A stretch of 32,000 nt of DNA, from contig NC_002939.5 in NCBI RefSeq assembly GCF_000007985.2, positions 2,940,001 through 2,972,000 on the forward strand, written 5' to 3'. Positions 7,878 through 15,385 of the stretch are shown one piece after another (position 1 is the first letter of the stretch; each line of letters begins with the position of its first letter). The position numbers were made by a program, and so were the translations under genes. Below the pieces are notes generated by a model that was not told the origin of the DNA, searched no databases, and worked only from the letters and a program-made list of their open reading frames with translations. This DNA comes from Geobacter sulfurreducens PCA (GTDB taxonomy: Bacteria > Desulfobacterota > Desulfuromonadia > Geobacterales > Geobacteraceae).

Positions 7878-9218
7878 ATGAACGCAGTACGATTCTTTGT
7901 CATTCTGACCATGCTGGCCCTGCTGCCCGCCACCGGTCATGCCAAATGGTGGATCTTCGGGCAGGCGGAGAATGAGATCTCCACCCGCTACCTTTATCTG
8001 AACGGCATCTCCTACGACGAGCTGGGTGACAAGGTCACCATCTACCGGGAGACTCTGGACAACGGCCAGGTGGTCCTGCGGGGCAAGGCCGCCACCAGTT
8101 CGTCGGCAGTGGGCTCGGTGCAGGTCAGCACCACCAACAGGGAACGCTGGGAAAAGGCCCGCAAGACCTCCGACGGCAGCTTCGAATATGCCTTCCGCCC
8201 TGAAACGGGCGCATCCTACGTGCTCTACGTCAAGATCATCGACACCACCGGCAAGACCAACGACGTGGATGCCACCCGCAAGGAGATCGTCATCTCCGAC
8301 CGGAACATCTCGGCCCTCATCCGCCAGGCCCTTGATGAGCTGGTTGCGGCCTACCGGGCCGAAGACCCGGCCCGCTTCATGGCCCTTGTCAGCGAGGATT
8401 TCGCCGCGGACCCCGCCGTGCTCGACCGGGCCATCCGCCGGGATTTCACCGCTTTCGACAACATCGATCTGAGCTACACCCTGAACAACGTAACCGCCGC
8501 CAACGGCAAGATCTACGCCGGCTTCACCTTCAGCCGCAAGTTGACCTCTACCCGGAGCGGCCAGACCCTCTCCGACAAGGGTTCCAGTGAGTTCATCTTC
8601 AGCCTCGGGGAAAAGGGGCCGCTGGTGTTCAGCATGAAAAATCCTCTCATCTTCGGCCTCTCCGATGCCTCCAACGTGGCCACGGGCACGGTCAACACCG
8701 GCACGAACGAACCGGTGATCGTCGTGACCAGCAGCGGCGACGTTATCACCCAGCCGTTCACCGAGGCCATCACGACCATCGACAATGGCGGCGTGGTGCA
8801 AACGACAGCTGATACGGTAGAGGCGGGCAGTTTCACTCTCAGTAACAGTTGCCCCGAGGACTCGTGCATTCAGCCGGGATTCCTCTTCAGTTCACAGGAA
8901 GTGACGAACATGTGGACCGGTGACATCAATCTGGAAATCAACCTCATGTTCATCAAGAGCGGCATCGGAATCCAGAACCTGGGGGCGGTCGGCATCAATA
9001 CGGTGACCTCGGCCCCCGCAAGCGGCTATGTCGTTTCAGACGGAACCGGCCTTACCGGCTTCATCGTCGGCGACAACATCGGCAACACCTTTGCGTTCCA
9101 ATTGCTGAACGGCAAGTACGCCCTGCTGGAGGTGGTCTCCTACACCGATCTCGGCGCTGCCAAAACCCGCTCAACCTTCCGATACAAGTACCAACCAGAC
9201 GGAACCCGCAATTTCTAG
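7878..9218 (+). CDS. Exported 446-aa protein: N-terminal beta-sandwich-like region, central NTF2-like module, C-terminal beta-rich domain
   Basis: AGGAGG RBS. The signal peptide is MNAVRFFVILTMLALLPATGHA/KWW. Residues ~144-261 (nt 8307-8660) align clearly with the preceding lipoprotein. Confidence 0.8.
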   Translation: MNAVRFFVILTMLALLPATGHAKWWIFGQAENEISTRYLYLNGISYDELGDKVTIYRETLDNGQVVLRGKAATSSSAVGSVQVSTTNRERWEKARKTSDGSFEYAFRPETGASYVLYVKIIDTTGKTNDVDATRKEIVISDRNISALIRQALDELVAAYRAEDPARFMALVSEDFAADPAVLDRAIRRDFTAFDNIDLSYTLNNVTAANGKIYAGFTFSRKLTSTRSGQTLSDKGSSEFIFSLGEKGPLVFSMKNPLIFGLSDASNVATGTVNTGTNEPVIVVTSSGDVITQPFTEAITTIDNGGVVQTTADTVEAGSFTLSNSCPEDSCIQPGFLFSSQEVTNMWTGDINLEINLMFIKSGIGIQNLGAVGINTVTSAPASGYVVSDGTGLTGFIVGDNIGNTFAFQLLNGKYALLEVVSYTDLGAAKTRSTFRYKYQPDGTRNF

Positions 9219-9232
9219 CGGCACCAGTACCG

Positions 9233-9265
9233 GAGCCGGCAGGGAACGTCCTGCCGGCTCTTTTT
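9233..9265 (+). terminator. Intrinsic terminator/attenuator inside the operon
   Basis: The stem GAGCCGGCAGG / CCTGCCGGCTC is a perfect 11 bp with a 6-nt loop GAACGT, followed by TTTTT. It begins 15 nt after the stop of the 446-aa gene and ends 3 nt before the AGGAGG of the next gene. Confidence 0.7.
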
Positions 9266-9279
9266 GCAGGAGGAGATCC

Positions 9280-12200
9280 ATGAGAACCCTTATCCGCTGC
9301 GTCCTGTTCTGCCTGCTGCTCATTCCCGCCGCGGCCCGGGCCGATGACCAGGTAGCCATGGTGCAGGGACAGATCCAGATGGCTCAGGAGCGTCTGACGG
9401 CATACCAGGGGGAGCTGAGCAGCACCCTCTCCCTGCTGCAGAAAACTCCCAGCGAGGCCACCTTCCAGAAGATCAGGGACCTGCAGGACCGGATCCGGCG
9501 CCAGGGGAACGTGGTGGACACCCTGAGAATGGCCCTGCAGGATGCCCGGGCCGCCCAGAGCTGGAGCGCCCTGGTGAGCGACATGGCCAAGAACTCAACC
9601 ATCCTTGGGCTGGGCGCCGACATCGGGGTATCGGTCTATCAGTCGGGCAAGTGGATCTTCGGTGCCACCGATGATGAAATTTACGGCGAGAACTGGCAGC
9701 AGGTGGAGAGCTACAACGCGAAGCTGGTGGCCGAAGCTCGCGCCATCCGGGATGAGTCGAAGGCCATCCTCGGCGCCCTTGACCAGGTTAAGGCCCAGCT
9801 CAATGCCGGCGGCTCCGAGGAGCAGCTCCGCTCCCTGGCTGAAACCCTGTCGGCGCGGCTCCGGGAACTGCAGACCCGAGGGGAGCAGGTCAAAAAGAAC
9901 ATCCGCCTGCTGATCCGCATCTACCGGGCGGAAAAGGAAAATCTCCCTGCCTCGACCCTTTTTCACGGGGTCTTCATGGGGCGCTACACCGAAAAGATGG
10001 TGGAGGAATTCGACGCTTCCAAGCTGGTTGATCTGGTCATCGACGTCATCAAGGGGGATACCAACGACGCGCTGATCAAGCTCATCAAGCCCATGGTCAA
10101 GACCGCCGTGGGGGACTATCTGGCCAAGAATGCCGGCGGCGGGCACCTGACCCCGGAGATCACCGACGACCTGGTCTTCAAGATCCTCTTCGGCGGCGAG
10201 AGCGGCTTCGACGCCCTGATCCAGGACCGGCTCGGCGACGAGGCCGGCGGCGCAGCCATCAAGGGGCTCGTGAAGGAAGTGGTCGCGGCCGAAGCGAACC
10301 ACGTAATCCTCAAGTCCAATCAGCAGTTCTACGGGGCCATGAAGCGCACCCTGAGCACCATGCCTCCCACCGCCGACATCGTCGAGCATACGTTGGTGGT
10401 GGACACCACCGACCAACTGGTGAAGGAGCACAAATCCCTCGTGGAGAGCGGCGCCCGGGCCAAGGCCCAGCGGCTGGCCCAGACCGGCGAGGCAATCAAG
10501 AAAGTCTGGGACCTGGTGCTCAAGGACGCGGTGCAGGCATACCTGCAGAAGGATTCCTTCAACAACGCGGTCAAGGCGGCCGACGAGGCCTGCGAGACCT
10601 GGCGAGGGGAATGGCGCAAGGTCAGGGATGACATGATCCTGACCGAGGATGAGTACGTCAACCACCGCTGGTTCAAGGGGGGGCAGAATGCCGCGGCCCC
10701 TCCGAAACAGGTTGTTGGTGGGACGGAGGATACCGGTAAGACCTATGCGGCGTTCAATCCAGAAGAAGCCGGCAAGCTGCTCGAAGCCCGGAAGCGCCTC
10801 GTGGAGTCGGGTGTCGGGGAAGGGGGAAGTGCCGGCCTGGGAGATTTCGACGCCAACGAGGACGGCCTGGTGGTACTGGCCTGCAACGGCGGGATTCCCC
10901 TCGGACGGGTCGGCTTCGTCCCCCTGCGTGATGTCAAAAAGCTCACCTCCGCAGCACTGTTCGCGCCCTGCGACGAACTGAGCATCCGGCGCAGTGCCGA
11001 AATTGAGGCGGGATACAAGGCATGCGAACACCTCTGGAATCCGCAGTCGGTCAACGAATACTTCGCGTGCAAGGATGCCATGAGGGTCAAGAACAATGCC
11101 TACGCGGAAGAGATCAACCGGTGCATTGACACCAATGTCACCCAGCCCCACCAAGCATTTGCCCAGCGCCGGTTGGAACGGCACCGGCGGCTGAACGACT
11201 GCGAGACGAAACGCTATCAGGAAACGGTGAGGCGAATCCAGGCGGAGATCGCCCCCGCCGTCTCCTGGGCCGAGAGCGTGAGGGGTGACGTAGAGCGGCT
11301 CCAGGAGGCCATCAACAAGCTGCGGCGCTCCGGTCTCATGTACCCGGAAGCACCGCCGCGGCTCCCCGCGGACATCGGCGCAGCCGTTGAGGAGGAGGAG
11401 TACGACACCGCTTCTGCCGACGACAAAATTGCCATGATCCGAGCCAATCTGGGCATCACCAGGGGAATCGACGTGGCGGGCCTTGAGAGTGCCCTGGCCA
11501 GGGCCGACTTCGTGGTGGACTGGGCATCCGTTGACTCGGGCGGGACTCCGTACCTCTGCAAAGAGTTCGTCCTGAACAACCAGCCCGGAATCGAAGAGGT
11601 GGAGTGTACCGGGGGCTATTATGCCCAGGATGAGCAGCTGCTGCAGGACATGGCCCTGATCGCCACCATCAACCCATCGACGGTTCAGGAACTGGTGAGC
11701 CACGGCCGACAGCTTCCGGAGGTGGCCAACCGGCCCCTCCTGGAAGCCATGACCGGCTTCTCCCCCCAGGAAAGCGTCAACCTCTATCGGCAGGGGATGA
11801 GCCAGCGGAACCGGGCCAGGGCGGCCATCGATGGGGTGAACAGCCGCCTCCTGGACGTGGAGAACGTCCTGTCAGGCTCCTCCGTGGCGCAGATATCCCT
11901 CTACTACGACTACCAGTTCACCCCCTGGAAGGTCCGCCGGATCCCGACGCTCCTGGGCCAGGACCTGGACGCCCTCGAAGGGCACATCAGGGAAATGCGG
12001 ACCCGCTTCAACGCCGACAGACAGGTGGTCATCCCCGACTATGATGCCCTGCGGCGCGAAGCAGAGGCCGCCAGCGGCGCGGTGGCGCAGTACCGGGAGA
12101 TATACGGGCGGTATGCCGCCCTGCTGACCAAGCACTTCCCCACGGCGTTTGTCGATGAATTCTCCCCTCCCGACCTGAGCGGTCTCGTGTCGGCCATCGA

Positions 12201-13008
12201 TGCCCAGGCCTTCCTGGCGGAGCGGTATGCCGAGGAATTCAAGCGGGCCGCCACGGCCCTGGATGAAATGGAACGGGAGGTACAGGCCCTCCGCCGCCAG
12301 GAGGAGCAGTCCCTGAAGGGGCTGGAGATCTACCACCAGGCCAGGGCCGGCGCCGTCAAAAAGGCCGCCGGTTCCTGCGCCGCGCTCCCCGCAGACCCGG
12401 AGGGATGCCTCAAGGCCGTTGAGGAAAGCAAGGCTCAACTGCTGGCAATAACTCTGCAGGGAGACATCCTGACCCACTTCCCGTCGCAGAAGTACCGGGA
12501 CCGCCGCGACGAAATCCTGGCCGGCTCCCGAATTGACTACGACATCTATGCGTTGGAGGCAAAGGCAAAGGCGGCCATCGAACAGCGGGAACAGGACGAA
12601 ACCCGGAAACGCGAGGACCGGGAAACCAACGCCCCCCTGAGAATCGCCGAATTCTATCAGCAATTCCGCGGCGCCTATGAGGGGCGCAACGATTCACAAC
12701 TCATCAGCTTCCTTGGCGACGACTGGGAATCGGGCGACGGCACCACCCTTGCCGACCTCCAGGGCTACCTGCGGAACAGCTTCTCGGTGTTCGACGAAAT
12801 CCGCTACACCCAGAGCAATCTCCAGATCCACCCTGCTGCTCAGGGGGGTTACCGGGTCACCTACGATCTGGCCATAATCGGCAGGATCTATGCGGACAAC
12901 CTGACCCATGAGGAAAAATCCACCGTCAGTGAGGAACTGGCCTTCGACAACGGAGGGAAACTGCGGATCACAAGAACCACCGGCGGCCGCTTCTGGTCGG
13001 TGCAGTAG
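9280..13008 (+). CDS. Exported 1242-aa, predominantly alpha-helical/coiled-coil protein with C-terminal NTF2-like module; unknown function
   Basis: AGGAGG RBS. The signal peptide is MRTLIRCVLFCLLLIPAAARA/DDQ. Long heptad-like E/K/R/Q/A/L-rich stretches are present. Six Cys lie within ~110 residues (nt ~10880-11205). The last 126 aa (12628-13005) follow the same module pattern as the two upstream proteins. Confidence 0.85.
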   Translation: MRTLIRCVLFCLLLIPAAARADDQVAMVQGQIQMAQERLTAYQGELSSTLSLLQKTPSEATFQKIRDLQDRIRRQGNVVDTLRMALQDARAAQSWSALVSDMAKNSTILGLGADIGVSVYQSGKWIFGATDDEIYGENWQQVESYNAKLVAEARAIRDESKAILGALDQVKAQLNAGGSEEQLRSLAETLSARLRELQTRGEQVKKNIRLLIRIYRAEKENLPASTLFHGVFMGRYTEKMVEEFDASKLVDLVIDVIKGDTNDALIKLIKPMVKTAVGDYLAKNAGGGHLTPEITDDLVFKILFGGESGFDALIQDRLGDEAGGAAIKGLVKEVVAAEANHVILKSNQQFYGAMKRTLSTMPPTADIVEHTLVVDTTDQLVKEHKSLVESGARAKAQRLAQTGEAIKKVWDLVLKDAVQAYLQKDSFNNAVKAADEACETWRGEWRKVRDDMILTEDEYVNHRWFKGGQNAAAPPKQVVGGTEDTGKTYAAFNPEEAGKLLEARKRLVESGVGEGGSAGLGDFDANEDGLVVLACNGGIPLGRVGFVPLRDVKKLTSAALFAPCDELSIRRSAEIEAGYKACEHLWNPQSVNEYFACKDAMRVKNNAYAEEINRCIDTNVTQPHQAFAQRRLERHRRLNDCETKRYQETVRRIQAEIAPAVSWAESVRGDVERLQEAINKLRRSGLMYPEAPPRLPADIGAAVEEEEYDTASADDKIAMIRANLGITRGIDVAGLESALARADFVVDWASVDSGGTPYLCKEFVLNNQPGIEEVECTGGYYAQDEQLLQDMALIATINPSTVQELVSHGRQLPEVANRPLLEAMTGFSPQESVNLYRQGMSQRNRARAAIDGVNSRLLDVENVLSGSSVAQISLYYDYQFTPWKVRRIPTLLGQDLDALEGHIREMRTRFNADRQVVIPDYDALRREAEAASGAVAQYREIYGRYAALLTKHFPTAFVDEFSPPDLSGLVSAIDAQAFLAERYAEEFKRAATALDEMEREVQALRRQEEQSLKGLEIYHQARAGAVKKAAGSCAALPADPEGCLKAVEESKAQLLAITLQGDILTHFPSQKYRDRRDEILAGSRIDYDIYALEAKAKAAIEQREQDETRKREDRETNAPLRIAEFYQQFRGAYEGRNDSQLISFLGDDWESGDGTTLADLQGYLRNSFSVFDEIRYTQSNLQIHPAAQGGYRVTYDLAIIGRIYADNLTHEEKSTVSEELAFDNGGKLRITRTTGGRFWSVQ

Positions 13009-13162
13009 GCTTATTCCGCTGGAATCAACGTACTAACACGTGCATTGACTATTCGCCCCCCCTCAGTCGCCCTTATAAAATAGGGGGTAAGCCGAAGGCG
13101 GGGGGATAAGATGCGCTGTCGAGTAATCAGGTTTCGTCTTAGTATAACCGGGCGAGTTAATG

Positions 13163-13199
13163 ACAAGGCCCCGCCTGACTGCTGCCGGCGGGGCCTTGT
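13163..13199. terminator. Strong hairpin between convergent genes (bidirectional terminator candidate)
   Basis: ACAAGGCCCCGCC / GGCGGGGCCTTGT is a perfect 13-bp stem with an 11-nt loop, followed by TTGTTGTTG on the plus strand. It lies 20 nt beyond the stop of the minus-strand gene at 13220. Confidence 0.7.
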
Positions 13200-13219
13200 T
13201 GTTGACGCGTAGCGCTTCC

Positions 13220-15286
13220 TCAGAACCCGCGCAGGCTTTCCACCCGCGTGATCAGAGTCGCGCCCCGAATCCGCTCCAGTGTAGCGGTAACTACCGCCAC
13301 ATCGTTATCGAAAGAGCCGTGGGCAAGGGGTATCAGGCCTTGGCCGTCCGAAACCTTTTCCCGTTCCTTGCCGTGGACCCGCACGGGCCCCATTCCCCCC
13401 ATGAAGTTCCGCCACACGTCCACCTCGCCGGCGGCGCGCTGGTTCCAGAGGTCTGCCTGGCCGGGAACAGGACGCCACGCCCCTTCCATACCGAGAATCG
13501 GCATCTTGTGGTAGTCCTCCAACGCCCGGCTCACCAGGTAGAGGAGTGATTTGCCGTAGGGACCCACGGTGTCGGCGCGCTCCCGCTCGTCGCTCAGAAT
13601 ATCGAAGAAGAGGCGGTTCCGATCCACCAGCCCGCGATTGACGGCGGGAACGTAATGGGCCAGGGCAAAACCCACGGTGCAGGCCGGGGCGTAGAGCGAG
13701 ATGCTGGCCACGGGGATCTTTTTCTGACCCAGCCGGTCCAGGAGATGTCCATGGAGGATGGAACCGGCCGAGTGCCCCACGAGATGGATTTCCAGGGAGG
13801 GAATCTGTTTCCTGAGCTCGGCCAGGTGCCCGGCCAGGAGCGTCAGTCCGGCCTCGCGGTCCGCCGCGGCCGCGGCATTCTGCTTCATCTGCATCCAGAC
13901 CGGTTTGACGAGCAGGTTCTCGCTGGCAACCTCCACCGAGCGGTCCCGGGCGTCCTCCAGCCGGTTTTTGATGTCGTCCCACCACCCTCGCGACGGGTCC
14001 TGTGCCGAGGGTTTGAAGAATTTCCCCACGGCATCTTCGAGCATGCCGGCAATGCTCTCGCCGAAGCCGGTTTTCCAGGTCACGAACAGGGGATAGATGT
14101 CGTTGGCCAGGAAGTAGGGGGCCATGACCCTGATCCGCTTGATGGAGGCATCCTCGTCGTTGAGCCCCCCGTGGGCGTAAATGGCGAGCTTTGGTGCGCT
14201 CCTGCCCGACAGCCAGGCCAGCGGCAGGCGGTAGGTGGCCTCTTTCACGGCGCCGGCGGCATCGGACACGTCGAGGAACCGGTTGATGGGGCAGCCGTCA
14301 TTGCCGAGCACAACGGTGTGCTCATAGGCCCGGGATTCACTCAGGGGCTCCACGGCCGGATTCACATAGGTGAAGGGCTTGGAGGTGCTGCCCGAACTCC
14401 AGTACCACGCAGCCTTGCCGTTGGCCACTTCCTGGAGGGTCATGCTGCTCATGGTGCGCCCCTCGCCGCTCACGAGCATGGGGGCGCCCAGGACCGCCAC
14501 CCAGGCGTCGGAGCCATGCTGGATCCAGTCCTCGTAGGTCATGATGGCGAACCCCAGGTATCCCCAATCGTCTCCCCAGGAATTCTGCACGATGAACCCC
14601 TCCGGGGTGTAGCCCACCAGGGCGAAGGCGTGGCCCCCGGTCTCACCGGGTTGCATCCGGATCACCGGCAGGGTTGTCGAAGCATCCAGGAACCACCCCT
14701 TGTGGACCGCCGCCGAGACATAGACGGCCCCCACTTCGTTGATGGCCGCCTGCAGATCTGACACCGAATCCTTGTCGACCCGGTAATACGCTCCCAGAGG
14801 CCGCTGGGCCGCGTCCTGCTGCCACCCCTCCTTTGGGGGGACGAACTTCTGCTTGTAGGGCCAGAGCAGGTCGGTGCAGATGCCGTGGCGGTGCCACCCT
14901 TTCATGGCCCCGCGGCAGCTGGAGCCTTCGTAATCCTCACCGGGCCACTCATCATAGATACGGGCCATGTGGTAGAGCATCCGGGGACTCACCCGGGGAA
15001 CCTTTCCCCCCTTGCGGCCGCGCTGTTTCACCTCCTCCAGATGTTTGCGCCAGTTGAGGTAGTTGATGACCGCGGCCAAGCCGAAGCCGGTGCAGGCCCC
15101 TTCGGTCCCCTGGTCGAGGACCAGTTTGTGGACCTTGGTATAGTCGGCCAGAAAGGTGGTGATGAACGACGGATCGGGGTACTGGGGGGGAAGACTTACC
15201 AGTGGCGGATCGTAGCGGCGGTCACGGTAATCGACACGGTCGGGGCGGGCGTCGAAAATCCGTCCCTGGATTTCTCGCGTGGGCAT
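13220..15286 (-). CDS. Fusion protein: N-terminal papain-like (C1 family) cysteine peptidase + C-terminal DUF900-like alpha/beta hydrolase; no signal peptide
   Basis: The start is ATG 15286, with AAGGAGG 5 nt upstream. C1 motifs: DYRD, Q68...GAC74TGFG (Cys codon at 15092-15094), GGH228AFALVGY and VQN244SWGDDWGYLGF. Hydrolase motifs: LAIYAHGGLNDE, FVTWKTGF, HLVGHS515AGS (Ser codon 13769-13771) and a late LAHGSFD. Residue numbers follow the 697-aa track ORF. Confidence 0.85.
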   Translation of the reverse strand: MPTREIQGRIFDARPDRVDYRDRRYDPPLVSLPPQYPDPSFITTFLADYTKVHKLVLDQGTEGACTGFGLAAVINYLNWRKHLEEVKQRGRKGGKVPRVSPRMLYHMARIYDEWPGEDYEGSSCRGAMKGWHRHGICTDLLWPYKQKFVPPKEGWQQDAAQRPLGAYYRVDKDSVSDLQAAINEVGAVYVSAAVHKGWFLDASTTLPVIRMQPGETGGHAFALVGYTPEGFIVQNSWGDDWGYLGFAIMTYEDWIQHGSDAWVAVLGAPMLVSGEGRTMSSMTLQEVANGKAAWYWSSGSTSKPFTYVNPAVEPLSESRAYEHTVVLGNDGCPINRFLDVSDAAGAVKEATYRLPLAWLSGRSAPKLAIYAHGGLNDEDASIKRIRVMAPYFLANDIYPLFVTWKTGFGESIAGMLEDAVGKFFKPSAQDPSRGWWDDIKNRLEDARDRSVEVASENLLVKPVWMQMKQNAAAAADREAGLTLLAGHLAELRKQIPSLEIHLVGHSAGSILHGHLLDRLGQKKIPVASISLYAPACTVGFALAHYVPAVNRGLVDRNRLFFDILSDERERADTVGPYGKSLLYLVSRALEDYHKMPILGMEGAWRPVPGQADLWNQRAAGEVDVWRNFMGGMGPVRVHGKEREKVSDGQGLIPLAHGSFDNDVAVVTATLERIRGATLITRVESLRGF

Positions 15287-15291
15287 GGCGG

Positions 15292-15374
15292 CCTCCTTGT
15301 CACCAGCGGGCATAGGATAATGCCCTTATTTGATTGATGAAAGTCTGCCACACTTTTCAATGGTGACAAGGAGG
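15292..15374 (-). promoter_or_regulatory. Structured 5' leader: perfect 14-bp stem sequestering the Shine-Dalgarno of the peptidase-hydrolase gene
   Basis: The plus strand has CCTCCTTGTCACCA at 15292-15305 and its exact reverse complement TGGTGACAAGGAGG at 15361-15374. In the minus-strand mRNA, the upstream CCUCCUUGUCACCA therefore pairs with UGGUGACAAGGAGG, which contains the SD. The 55-nt loop holds two smaller hairpins (UGAAAAGU/ACUUUCA and GGGCAU/AUGCCC). Confidence 0.55.
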
Positions 15375-15385
15375 GAATATTGTTT

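Noticed and set aside
9595-11703. 702-aa ORF antisense to the 1242-aa gene
   Set aside because: Same reasoning: G/P/R/V/L-rich, no start context and no domain. The sense strand carries a strong RBS and signal peptide and has a uniform coding character.
13110-13211. 33-codon ORF (MRCRVIRFRLSITGRVNDKAPPDCCRRGLVVDA) as a possible immunity or antitoxin gene next to the peptidase-hydrolase
   Set aside because: It has no RBS. It reads straight through both arms of the terminator hairpin, which explains the frame staying open. Its composition is implausible.
13655-14761. 368-aa plus-strand ORF inside the peptidase-hydrolase gene
   Set aside because: It lies antisense to a frame that contains two complete catalytic motif sets. 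Its own sequence is G/P/H/R-rich with no signatures.
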